From Candidatus Iainarchaeum sp. (GTDB lineage: Archaea > Iainarchaeota > Iainarchaeia > Iainarchaeales > Iainarchaeaceae): a DNA stretch of 64,000 nt. Below, piece by piece: positions 8,754 through 17,108 of this stretch. The notes under the pieces were generated by a model, which made no database searches, was not told the DNA's origin, and saw only the letters and a program-made list of their open reading frames with translations. The stretch covers positions 52,111 to 116,110 of the forward strand of contig JBDRLP010000027.1 of the NCBI GenBank assembly GCA_043812975.1, given 5' to 3'. The stretch's first letter is position 1; each line of letters starts with the position of its first letter. Made by a program: the position numbers and the translations under genes.

Positions 8754-10007
8754 TAATAAATCCTCATACCTTTGCCCTGTTCCCACAAACACAATTGGCT
8801 TTTTCAATTTGTATAAAAGCGAAATAGCGGTTCCACCTTTTGTATCAGTATCTATTTTGCTTAGTATAAATCCGTCGATTCCAATTGCATTATCAAATTC
8901 AGTTGCCTGTTGCAGAAGAGCCTGTCCGGTGTAAGCTTCTCCCACATATAATTTCACATCTGGTTTAATCACGCGTTCAATTTTTTTAAGTTCTTCAATC
9001 AGATTTTTGTTGGTGTCCTGTCTTCCTGCAGAATCGATTAAAACAACATCAATATTTTTTGCTTCTGCTGCTTTCACTGCATCAAATGCAACAGCTGCAG
9101 GATCGCTTCCGTAATTATGCTTTACAACTTTAACTCCGAGTTTTTTCCCGTGTTCTTCTAACTGATCAATTGCTGCTGCTCTGAAAGTATCTCCTGCTGC
9201 CAGAATAACGCTTTTCCCATGCTCCATAAAGTACTTAGAAATTTTTGCTATTGAGGTTGTTTTACCTGCTCCGTTTGGACCCAAAAATAAAATTTTTAAT
9301 GGTTTTTCTGTTCTTGTAAGCAAATCTATTTTTTCTGTTTGCATTATTTTTTCAAGAGAACTTTTAACTTCTGCTTTAAGAAATTCTCCAATATCTTCTT
9401 TTGCAGAAATATCTTTTCCAATCAGCCGTTCTTTTAATTCATTTACAATTGCTTCTGCAGTATCCTGTTCAACATCAGATTCCAATAAGCTTAATTCAAA
9501 TTCATCAAAAAATTCTCCTGCTTCTTTTTCGGTTATTTTTATTTTCCCGCCTACAAAACCGAATAGTTTTTTCCCTAAACCAACTTTTGCCTTTAATTCT
9601 CTTTTCTCATCTTCACGAATTTCTTTTACTTTTTCTTCAGGGGTCTTCTCTTCACCGCCGATAGAAAATTCTCCTTCTTTTATTTCAGGTTCTTCAATTT
9701 CTTCAGTTTGTGGTTCAGTTTCAAGTTCAATTGGTTCCTCAGTTTCCTGTTCCGGTTTTTCAATTATTTCTTCTTTAGAAACAGTTTCCTCAACAACAGG
9801 AGTTTCTTCAATTTCTTTAGTTTCAATAACTTTTTCCTTAACTTCCTGTTTTATTTTAGGTTCTTTTTTTTGTTCCAGAATTGGTTCTTTTTTCTCCTGA
9901 ACTTCAGTAATTTGTTCAGGTTCTGGTTTTTTCGGTTCCTGTTTTTGTAGTTTTTCCATTAATTTATCTGTAAAATTAGAGACCTTTTTCTTTAGGAAAT
10001 CAAACAT
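8715..10007 (-). CDS. ftsY: Signal recognition particle receptor FtsY with a Glu/Lys-rich N-terminal extension
   Basis: SRP GTPase NG domain (LFLGPNGAGKTTSIAKIS, DTFRAAA, DSAGRQ); acidic repetitive N-terminus. Confidence 0.95.
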   Translation of the reverse strand: MFDFLKKKVSNFTDKLMEKLQKQEPKKPEPEQITEVQEKKEPILEQKKEPKIKQEVKEKVIETKEIEETPVVEETVSKEEIIEKPEQETEEPIELETEPQTEEIEEPEIKEGEFSIGGEEKTPEEKVKEIREDEKRELKAKVGLGKKLFGFVGGKIKITEKEAGEFFDEFELSLLESDVEQDTAEAIVNELKERLIGKDISAKEDIGEFLKAEVKSSLEKIMQTEKIDLLTRTEKPLKILFLGPNGAGKTTSIAKISKYFMEHGKSVILAAGDTFRAAAIDQLEEHGKKLGVKVVKHNYGSDPAAVAFDAVKAAEAKNIDVVLIDSAGRQDTNKNLIEELKKIERVIKPDVKLYVGEAYTGQALLQQATEFDNAIGIDGFILSKIDTDTKGGTAISLLYKLKKPIVFVGTGQRYEDLLEFKPEFIIDRII

Positions 10008-10041
10008 AAGGTTAATAGGTCTGCAAGAGAATTACTCAGAA

Positions 10042-10488
10042 TTAATTCTGAGAGGCGTTTTGCTTTTGCATGTGCTGTCTTCCTGCGGCCAATACTTGTT
10101 CAAGCTGGTTTACTCTAGTGATAGCCTTTTGCTGGTCTTCAGCAATTTTTCCTATTGTTTTGTTCATGTTTTCGATTTTATTATCAATAATCTTAATCAA
10201 TTCTTTTGAATCTTTTGTTTTGAAAATATTTCCTGAAAGTGAACTTATTGCTTTTGAAGTTTCATCTATTGCAGCACTCATGTAAATGCCTGCCCCGAGA
10301 TTAATTAGAATTTTTTCGCCTTTTTTGGCTTTTCCGATTTCAGTTAAAGCATCTTTAGCCGCTAGTAATTCTGTTTTGAATTCTTGAAACCTTTTTACCT
10401 GATCATTTATTTGCGCAAGCTTTTGTTTTTCCTGATTTGCCATTTGGATTAACTGGTTTCCGGTTAATTTTACTTTTTTTCCATCCAT
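10042..10488 (-). CDS. pfdA: Prefoldin alpha subunit
   Basis: Coiled coil - beta hairpin (ILINLGAGIYMSAAI) - coiled coil; position in the conserved archaeal cluster. Confidence 0.8.
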   Translation of the reverse strand: MDGKKVKLTGNQLIQMANQEKQKLAQINDQVKRFQEFKTELLAAKDALTEIGKAKKGEKILINLGAGIYMSAAIDETSKAISSLSGNIFKTKDSKELIKIIDNKIENMNKTIGKIAEDQQKAITRVNQLEQVLAAGRQHMQKQNASQN

Positions 10489-10494
10489 TTTTAA

Positions 10495-10683
10495 TCACTC
10501 TTTTTTCTCACTTATTTCATTAATTGTAATATGGTGTCTATTAAGCTTGTGTTTTGAGCCTATTAGGGAGAATGCTTTTTCTTTTGCAAAGCTTTCATTT
10601 ACTGCGTTTATTTCTTTTGAAAACTTTTTTTCTTCCTGTTTTTCCTTAAAAATTCCGTTTACAACAAATGTTTTTTCAGTCAT
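10495..10683 (-). CDS. rplX: 50S ribosomal protein LX (L18Ae/L20A family)
   Basis: MTEKTFVVNGIFK... matches the LX N-terminal pattern; conserved position between aIF6 and prefoldin alpha. Confidence 0.65.
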   Translation of the reverse strand: MTEKTFVVNGIFKEKQEEKKFSKEINAVNESFAKEKAFSLIGSKHKLNRHHITINEISEKKE

Positions 10684-10684
10684 C

Positions 10685-11347
10685 TCATTCCCCTCTCAAT
10701 CCTTCATCAATTTTTGATAATTCTATTCCTGATGTAAGCTCTCCAACAATAACTCCTTTTGAGTTGGCCAATACACTGTTTCCGACAAACAAGTCTCCGT
10801 AATTAGCGGTTGTTGCTGCCCCTTTGACTCCAAAAATTTTTTCAAGTTCTTTGAAATCTTTTTCGTTAATATTTGGGTGGGCAATAAACCCTTTATTTGT
10901 TACTGTTACACAAGCCCCTATAACATCGCTGTCCGCAATGTTCATAACTCTGAATTTAACCCCGAAAAAGCCTTCTAATTCATTTACTGCTTTTTCAGTG
11001 AGTAATGTGCTTGCAATTCCGCCATTGTTATTCAATGCCAACAGATTTCCTGTGGCAGTGTAACCGCCAACTTGTAATATTTCAAACCCTTCTTTTTCAA
11101 GAGTTTTAATCTCATTTTTTTCAACGATGCTTGAAACAGCTAATTTATTATCAATGCCTGTTGCAAGAACTCCTAATAGTGAAGTTCCTCCAAGGTTTGC
11201 CTTGACTGATTTTACCTCTAATTTTGTTTCTATTTTTTTGAGTTCTTTCGGTAAAACAGAATTTGGAACTAAAACAAATTCATCAGTTGCTATTCCAAAG
11301 ACTCCCACATAAGGGCTGCTTCTCAGATTGCCCCGTTCAAAATTCAA
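10685..11347 (-). CDS. eif6: Translation initiation factor 6 (aIF6/eIF6)
   Basis: Pentameric repeat protein with SSPYVGVFGIATD and repeated G(V/I)...NS motifs typical of eIF6. Confidence 0.85.
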   Translation of the reverse strand: MNFERGNLRSSPYVGVFGIATDEFVLVPNSVLPKELKKIETKLEVKSVKANLGGTSLLGVLATGIDNKLAVSSIVEKNEIKTLEKEGFEILQVGGYTATGNLLALNNNGGIASTLLTEKAVNELEGFFGVKFRVMNIADSDVIGACVTVTNKGFIAHPNINEKDFKELEKIFGVKGAATTANYGDLFVGNSVLANSKGVIVGELTSGIELSKIDEGLRGE

Positions 11348-11356
11348 ATCAAAAAC

Positions 11357-11797
11357 CTACTTTCTTTTCATTTCAACGGCCTTGGCCGCTGTTTCTTTAG
11401 CCTTTTTTTCCTCAAGCTTTTCTTTCTTTCCCTGATCCTCTTCTTTAGTTTCTTTCTTTTCTTCCTTTTTGGATTCTTTTTTCTTTTTATCTTCATCTTT
11501 TTTCTTCTTATTTTTTGCTTTTTCCTCGAGATAAACTTTCAATTGTTTTCCTTCCTGCAAGAAAACAGTAACCTTATCATTCTCTTTAAGTAAAACAACA
11601 TTAACTCTTCTTGGAATGTTCTTTGAGTTCTTGTGTAGTTCCTCATTAATCTCATTGCTGATGTTTGTTTCTTTAGCTCTTGTGTGCTTTTTTACAAACC
11701 TAGTTATTACGTTCAAAGCTTTCCGTATTCTTTTTTTAGGCGGAAACATGAATGCGTTTCTTAATCCAATTGTGTATTCTGCTTGTTCGCCTTTCAT
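11357..11797 (-). CDS. rpl31e: 50S ribosomal protein L31e with a Lys/Glu-rich C-terminal tail
   Basis: YTIGLRNAF...PPKKRIRKALNVITRFVKKH matches the L31e core; a long K/E-rich extension. Confidence 0.8.
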   Translation of the reverse strand: MKGEQAEYTIGLRNAFMFPPKKRIRKALNVITRFVKKHTRAKETNISNEINEELHKNSKNIPRRVNVVLLKENDKVTVFLQEGKQLKVYLEEKAKNKKKKDEDKKKKESKKEEKKETKEEDQGKKEKLEEKKAKETAAKAVEMKRK

Positions 11798-12084
11798 TAT
11801 CTTCGCCCACCGTCTTTTTTACCAGTTCTTCTTTTCTTTAAAGTAGTAATTGCTTTTTTACCGCTTTTTATTTTTTTAATATTTTTAACTTTCCCTTGTT
11901 CCATTTGTTTCTTTTTGAATAAAGTTCCTAAATCAGTTTGTCTCCAGTGTCTGTTTCCTCTTTTATTGTAAATTCTTTTTCCTGCTTTCTGCAGTATCCA
12001 TACAGGCGCATTGGTTAAACCTGAACCGATTTCTTTTCTTGCCGAAATCAAAAATTCTTTTTCTTCTTCAGTTTTTCTTCCCAT
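11797..12084 (-). CDS. rpl39e: 50S ribosomal protein L39e with a basic C-terminal extension
   Basis: NAPVWILQKAGKRIYNKRGNRHWRQTDL matches the L39e signature (NRPxPxW...RRHWRRT.L). Confidence 0.8.
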   Translation of the reverse strand: MGRKTEEEKEFLISARKEIGSGLTNAPVWILQKAGKRIYNKRGNRHWRQTDLGTLFKKKQMEQGKVKNIKKIKSGKKAITTLKKRRTGKKDGGRR

Positions 12085-12089
12085 AAAAA

Positions 12090-12407
12090 TCACTTTCTTG
12101 TAATGTTAATGTCCCTTCGAGTGTTCAATTGTCTTAAAATTTCCTTCAATTGTTCTTCGTTTAATTTTCCCTGCACCATTCCTTTTTGCATCAAACCCAT
12201 GATTGCTTGAAATGCTCTGGTGTAAAGTTCCTTGTTAACAAGCCTTACATTGCTCAGCCTTTGTTTTGCCTCCTCTGTTAAGAGGCTTTTCAAGACGCTT
12301 TGCATTTTGGCTTCCATTTCCAAGGATTGTTTTTCTTCCTCCTGTTGTTCTAAATATTTTTGTTTTAATTCTTCAAGCTTTTTTTCCTTCAGGTCTTGGC
12401 TCATGCT
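12090..12407 (-). CDS. PDCD5/TFAR19-like dsDNA-binding protein (DUF655 family); the ORF continues upstream to 12515 over the S19e tail
   Basis: EAKQRLSNVRLVNKELYTRAFQAIMGLMQKGMVQGKLNEEQLKEILRQL matches the archaeal PDCD5-like family; conserved cluster position. Confidence 0.7.
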   Translation of the reverse strand, partial: SMSQDLKEKKLEELKQKYLEQQEEEKQSLEMEAKMQSVLKSLLTEEAKQRLSNVRLVNKELYTRAFQAIMGLMQKGMVQGKLNEEQLKEILRQLNTRRDINITRK

Positions 12408-13002
12408 TTTCCCCTTTAGGTTGTTCTTTTTTTTCTTTTGGAGCTTCTTTAGCTTCCTGTTTTTTTTCTTTCTGCAATTCTGCATTTTCTTTCTGCACTT
12501 GAGCTTTCTTTTCATCTAATCTTTTTTTCATATTTGCTTCTATCCGATTCATTCTTTCCTGTTTTGCCATTAATTTTTTCTTATTGATTTCATCAACCAC
12601 TTTCTGAACATCTTTTGATTTTGCGTAAAGCAGTTTTTCTCCTAGGCCTGTTACTATTCTTCCTTTCTTATCTTTCTTAAGCAAACCTTGTTTTTCAAGC
12701 TGCTGTAAACATACTCTGATAACTTTTCCTGATGCTTTTCTTTTTGCTTCAGGTTTAACTCCTCTGTTTTTTCTTCCGCCGTAATAGGTTCTAAGGCTTC
12801 CTGTTCCTGTTGAACCGTGTTTATAAATCTGGTAGAGAATGCTTGCGTTTCTCACATAAAACCAATCAGGATTGTTTGGAGTTCTTTCTTTATGCGCCCC
12901 TGTTTTTATATAAGAGAATAGCTCTGGCTGTTGAATTTTGCCTTTTAGTTCTTTGGCAACTTCTTCTATAAGCATTCCTGCCGGCACGTCAAATATACCC
13001 AT
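12373..13002 (-). CDS. rps19e: 30S ribosomal protein S19e with a long Lys/Glu-rich C-terminal extension
   Basis: MGIFDVPAGMLIEEVAKELK...PELFSYIKTGAHKERTPNNPDWFYVRNASILYQIYKHG: S19e core; about 60 residues of K/E-rich tail. Confidence 0.85.
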   Translation of the reverse strand: MGIFDVPAGMLIEEVAKELKGKIQQPELFSYIKTGAHKERTPNNPDWFYVRNASILYQIYKHGSTGTGSLRTYYGGRKNRGVKPEAKRKASGKVIRVCLQQLEKQGLLKKDKKGRIVTGLGEKLLYAKSKDVQKVVDEINKKKLMAKQERMNRIEANMKKRLDEKKAQVQKENAELQKEKKQEAKEAPKEKKEQPKGEKHEPRPEGKKA

Positions 13003-13003
13003 C

Positions 13004-13063
13004 AGCGGACACCTCCGCTGGAGAGGTGTGCTGCCTTCGGCACCACGTACTCACTTACGTTCG
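13004..13063 (+). repeat. GC-rich two-hairpin structured element, family copy E (most divergent)
   Basis: cagcgg-acacct-ccgctg hairpin, gtgctgccttcggcac hairpin, gtactcacttacgttcg tail shared with the other copies. Confidence 0.4.
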
Positions 13064-13189
13064 TTTTTGTCATAATCTTCACCTTTTTCCCTTTTCAGGG
13101 TTGTTTTGTTTCAATCCGCTTTTGCGGATAAACTTCTAAAATCAGAAGTAACAATAATTCGCCTTGAAAACCTTTAAAAAGCTTGGTTT

Positions 13190-13816
13190 TTATTCCACTA
13201 CTGTCATTTTTACATTATCGAATATTGTCGAATCGGGCCCCCCATAGAATGTTGGAAATAACCAAACTCTTATGCAATTTGCTCCTGCCGGAACAAGGTA
13301 AGTGAACTCTTTATTTTGCCACGTATTATTGGTTGTGACTTCTCCAGCAGTCCCGGAGTTTCCTGCTCCGCAGCTTCTAACCATAACTAATGCTTCTGTT
13401 GGCCCTCCTACAGTTCCTTGTTTATATGAAAAGTTTACTTTTACTGTTTTTCCATATAGTTCATTCAAATCATAATCAGTCAAAATAATCGCCCCGCCTG
13501 ACGATATAGGAATAATTTCAACTGCATAGTTTCCGTATGGAGTATTAGTGCTCTGTACTGCCGTTACACCAGAGAGTAGGTCCCAGTAATCCGGGTAAGT
13601 TGTAAGCGTCCAAGTTTCGAAGCTTGAGTTTTTAAGAAAATTTGTTGAAACTCCTGCGGCTTCTCGTATTTTGTCGAATGCTGTTGTTGCTGATGTTGTG
13701 ACTTGTGTTTCTCCTGTTCCTGCTATGCTTAGTATTAGTGTGATTACGATTACGGCTACGAGTACTGCTCCGCCTATGAGTAGTAGGTATTCTAGTGCTC
13801 CTTGTGCTTTTTGCAT
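13190..13816 (-). CDS. Type IV pilin-like protein (class III signal peptide) with a C-terminal CBM/jelly-roll-like domain, paralog 1
   Basis: N-terminus MQKAQGALEYLLLIGGAVLVAVIVI... (archaeal prepilin K-A-Q-G/ALEYLL motif plus hydrophobic helix); C-terminal beta-rich domain with NSSFETW...W pattern reminiscent of CBM4/9. Confidence 0.7.
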   Translation of the reverse strand: MQKAQGALEYLLLIGGAVLVAVIVITLILSIAGTGETQVTTSATTAFDKIREAAGVSTNFLKNSSFETWTLTTYPDYWDLLSGVTAVQSTNTPYGNYAVEIIPISSGGAIILTDYDLNELYGKTVKVNFSYKQGTVGGPTEALVMVRSCGAGNSGTAGEVTTNNTWQNKEFTYLVPAGANCIRVWLFPTFYGGPDSTIFDNVKMTVVE

Positions 13817-13860
13817 TTGATTTAGAATTGGTTTTTGAATTATTTATTGGTTTGGGTTTT
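13655..13860. repeat. Conserved 5' block (promoter/5'UTR plus first 55 codons) of tandem pilin gene 1
   Basis: Near-identical nucleotide sequence to 14323..14525 and 15078..15280. Confidence 0.85.
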
Positions 13861-13861
13861 G

Positions 13862-14485
13862 TTATGTTTTAACTAATTTTATATCATCAAAATAAACAGT
13901 TCCGTTTGGAATTGTTGAACCTAAATTGTCCCACTTGATTTCCACAGTAATGGTTGCTCCTGCTGCTGTGCAGGTTACAGGCCCAGAACCATCAGTCCAT
14001 ACATTTGGAAAGCTGCTGGTCATCCAGTCCAGAGATCTGTAACCCTCAGTACAGGAATTACTAAAAGCAATGCGTGCACTTCCGCCTATAATATTTGGTT
14101 TGGTCCATCCTGATAAAGCATATGTATCTCCGGCTGTGACATTAAGTGTTTGGGATGCATAACCATAAGAAGAACCCGAACCATCATGAGTCATTTTCAA
14201 AGAACTGTTTCCAGTTCTGCGGTCATCTGTTGAAGAGGAAACACTTATTCCTCCTCCTGTAAGCCAACTACTCAATCCGCTTTCAAAGCTTCCGTTAGCC
14301 AAGAGATTATTGCTACCGCCGCCTGCGGCTTCTCGTATTTTGTCGAATGCTGTTGTTGCTGTTGTTGTTACTTGTGTTTCTCCTGTTCCTGCTATGCTTA
14401 GTATTAGTGTGATTACGATTACGGCTACGAGTACTGCTCCGCCGATTAAGAGTAGGTATTCTAGTGCTCCTTGTGCTTTTTGCAT
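13862..14485 (-). CDS. Type IV pilin-like protein with a C-terminal CBM-like domain, paralog 2
   Basis: Identical N-terminal 55 aa; C-terminal NGSFESG...W...YFDDIKL pattern typical of CBM_4_9-like beta-sandwich domains. Confidence 0.7.
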   Translation of the reverse strand: MQKAQGALEYLLLIGGAVLVAVIVITLILSIAGTGETQVTTTATTAFDKIREAAGGGSNNLLANGSFESGLSSWLTGGGISVSSSTDDRRTGNSSLKMTHDGSGSSYGYASQTLNVTAGDTYALSGWTKPNIIGGSARIAFSNSCTEGYRSLDWMTSSFPNVWTDGSGPVTCTAAGATITVEIKWDNLGSTIPNGTVYFDDIKLVKT

Positions 14486-14525
14486 TTACTTAGAATTGGT
14501 TTTTGGATTATTTATTGGTTTGGAT
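14323..14525. repeat. Conserved 5' block of tandem pilin gene 2
   Basis: Near-identical to the 5' blocks of the neighbouring paralogs. Confidence 0.85.
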
Positions 14526-15239
14526 TTAGGTCTCTGTTACTTTCACATTATCATAATCAATTGTTTGAGCACCGTAACTTAATAGTCCGATTCCGCCTGT
14601 AGCATGTCCTGTAAAATTATCTTCTCCTGCATAAACCCCGTTTACATATAATTTTACGTTTTGTCCTATTACTACCAGTTTTATGCGGTAAGTTGTTCCG
14701 TTAACCCAAGCCGCTCCGGTTATTGGGTCAGTAAGATCCACAATTTGACCAGTACTCCAATCGTAGAGCCTCCAATAATTCCAGGCATAATACCTGTACA
14801 ACAACATCGAGTTTGTGCTTCCTGAAGTATTAGAATTTCTGTAAACTGCGCCCATATAACTTGTTCCTGAAACTGGGGTAAAATCAAATTCAAAAGTATG
14901 ATCGCCATACGATCCTGTGAGATCCTGTGCAAATTTCCAACCGTCTGCTGTTGCAGCATGCCTGAACTTTCCTCCTGTAACACTCCAGATTATATTTGAC
15001 CCAGTAGTGGTCCAAACAGGATTAGATGTGTAATCCCCATCACTGAAATTATCAAAAAAACTTGCCGTTCCTCCCCCTGCGGCTTCTCGTATTTTGTCGA
15101 ATGCTGTTGTTGCTGATGTTGTGACTTGTGTTTCTCCTGTTCCTGCTATGCTTAGGATTAGTGTGATTACGATTACTGCTACGAGTACTGCTCCGCCTAT
15201 GAGTAGTAGGTATTCTAGTGCTCCTTGTGCTTTTTGCAT
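14526..15239 (-). CDS. Type IV pilin-like protein with a C-terminal concanavalin A-like lectin/LamG-like domain, paralog 3
   Basis: Identical N-terminal 55 aa; C-terminal domain resembles LamG/ConA-like lectin folds (YRIKLVVIGQNVKLYVNGVYAGED...IDYDNVKV). Confidence 0.7.
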   Translation of the reverse strand: MQKAQGALEYLLLIGGAVLVAVIVITLILSIAGTGETQVTTSATTAFDKIREAAGGGTASFFDNFSDGDYTSNPVWTTTGSNIIWSVTGGKFRHAATADGWKFAQDLTGSYGDHTFEFDFTPVSGTSYMGAVYRNSNTSGSTNSMLLYRYYAWNYWRLYDWSTGQIVDLTDPITGAAWVNGTTYRIKLVVIGQNVKLYVNGVYAGEDNFTGHATGGIGLLSYGAQTIDYDNVKVTET

Positions 15240-15280
15240 TTACTTAGAATTGGTTTTTGGATTATTTATTCTTTTGGGTT
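15078..15280. repeat. Conserved 5' block of tandem pilin gene 3
   Basis: Near-identical to the 5' blocks of paralogs 1 and 2. Confidence 0.85.
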
Positions 15281-15571
15281 TTATAAGTTTTTAATTTTCC
15301 TTTCAAATCCGCATTCTTTGCATTTTATTATTTTCATTGTTCCTGTTTTTTTTGTTTCAGAATTAGTTTTATTCAAAAAAGAATTGCATTTTTTGCAGTA
15401 TTTTGTTTTTAGTTCGTTTGGAAATCTTACTCGGGTTTTTTTCCCAATTTCGATTGCAAGGCAAATATATCTTTTGCTTCGTTTCGGGTGCTTTTTCAGT
15501 TCTTTTTCAGCTAGTTCAAACAACCTGTAAATTCGTTCCAATCCGATTTGCTGCATTTTTGTGTGTTTCAT
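15281..15571 (-). CDS. rnp4: Ribonuclease P protein component 4 (Rpp21/Rnp4), zinc ribbon
   Basis: ERIYRLFELAEK...KRYICLAIEIGKKTRVRFP...KYCKKCNSFL...IKCKECG: Rpp21 pattern with a CxxC...CxxC ribbon. Confidence 0.75.
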   Translation of the reverse strand: MKHTKMQQIGLERIYRLFELAEKELKKHPKRSKRYICLAIEIGKKTRVRFPNELKTKYCKKCNSFLNKTNSETKKTGTMKIIKCKECGFERKIKNL

Positions 15572-15620
15572 ATTATTCAGCTTTATTTGAGAAATAGAAT
15601 ACTTTGGGTTTCAACAGTTA

Positions 15621-16319
15621 TTATTTTTTTTGGTTTTTGTACAATTCTTCAGAATCTTTGATAAGTTTCTTGAATAAAGTGTAGGTTTTTTCTGCATCTT
15701 TTTCATTGACAAGAAAATGCATATCAGGAGGGCTTGTTAATACTTCTATGCTTATTCCTTTTTTTGCAAGCCTGTTTGACATTTCAGCCAAAATCCCGTA
15801 AACAGAAAAAGATTCAAAAGGCATTCTAAAACTCACGAGTGCATTATCTTCTATTGAATAAGTTACATGTTCTTTTAATTCTGCCAAAATTTCCTGTATT
15901 CTTTTTTTCTTTGTTATAACCATTATCTGGTCTGCTCCCTGAATTAACACTCTCATTTCACCCATTTTCCAGTCTTCGCTTGAAAATAGTTTTTCTATTC
16001 TGTTAATTACTTCAGGGTGCTTTTTGAACTGCACATAACACATATTGTCCTGCAGCATTACTTCAGAATTTGCAAAAGTTTCAAGGTAAGTAGCATCGGC
16101 TTCAACAGGTTTCATTTCATCAGCATATCTTTTGATTGCAACTATTACTGATTCTTCATGAAGCTCTTTTTCTAATTTGGTTTCAAGCTCGGGAATAATT
16201 TTTCTTGCTAAAGCAGAATAATTAATCACTCCTTCGCCTAACGAGTTTTTTATGTGAGGTTGCGATTCAATTTCTCTCCGTACAGCTTCAGATAAAGAAT
16301 GGCTGTTATGATTAGGCAT
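15621..16319 (-). CDS. Putative regulatory protein with an N-terminal HTH-like region and a C-terminal ACT-like domain
   Basis: Weak pattern recognition only. Confidence 0.3.
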   Translation of the reverse strand: MPNHNSHSLSEAVRREIESQPHIKNSLGEGVINYSALARKIIPELETKLEKELHEESVIVAIKRYADEMKPVEADATYLETFANSEVMLQDNMCYVQFKKHPEVINRIEKLFSSEDWKMGEMRVLIQGADQIMVITKKKRIQEILAELKEHVTYSIEDNALVSFRMPFESFSVYGILAEMSNRLAKKGISIEVLTSPPDMHFLVNEKDAEKTYTLFKKLIKDSEELYKNQKK

Positions 16320-16859
16320 AAATAAATATTTTAGAACAAAACATATAAAAATATTACATTATTTTTAAATTTTGTTAAATTCTGGCCATTTTTGGCCAAA
16401 AGTGTTAAATTTCATGGTTTTATGTTTTATTTTTGATTATTTTTAATTTTTGTTCCTGTTTTTTGGAAAAAACGCCTTAAAATGCCTTAAATCTGGTAAT
16501 ACTGCCATTTTCTGGTCGCCAGCTTTATTAATAAAGAAGGGGGCAATGTGATTGGTGTTTTGTTTATGATTGGAAAAATAATAAGACAAAATAGAAGAAG
16601 TTTCAATCGCGAAGAGGGAGAATTAAGAATCCAAATTGATGGCGAACCTTTTCCTGCTAGGGTAAGATTTCCTAAACGGAGGTGACTGAGGATAGGGGGG
16701 ATGGGATTAATTTAGTTTAAAACAAAAAAATTCTAAAAAAGGGGGGTGTTTATGATGAAAACCGGGGCTTCGGCCCCGCTCATAAACCAAAAATCTGATT
16801 CTTATCTGATTCTTAATTCAAGTTTAAAAATTCAGGTTTTAAAGGTCAAGGTTAAGTAT

Positions 16860-16932
16860 GCAGCCACGGGGATTCGAACCCCGGCCAAGAGCTTGGAAGG
16901 CTCTGATGCTAAACCACTACACCATGGCTGCT
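16860..16932 (-). tRNA. tRNA-Gly (anticodon UCC)
   Basis: Manual cloverleaf fold: acceptor GCAGCCA/UGGCUGC, anticodon stem AGAGC/GCUCU, loop CUUCCAA, T arm CGGGG-UUCGAAU-CCCCG; CCA not encoded. Confidence 0.85.
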
Positions 16933-17108
16933 TTGATAAATTCTTTGTGAGTTGGCACTTTTCCAGTTTTTTTAAAAATCTGGTATTTTAAGGTGTGCTT
17001 AATATTGCTTGGTTTAATTATCTTAAAAAAGGTATCCAATTGTCCTTGATCGTAAATATAAACGGTGTGAACCGTTATCGATTAAAATAAACTGCTTCTT
17101 TATTTATC

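Noticed and set aside
14310-15294. Plus-strand ORFs 14310..14582 and 15094..15294 (and 240..479, 2736..3145, 5331..6686, 9401..9950, 24294..24566, 43654..44316, 44488..44917)
   Set aside because: These are antisense reading frames running across well-supported genes on the opposite strand (pilins, FtsY, SRP54, DnaG, Rad50). Their low-complexity translations are typical of spurious antisense ORFs.
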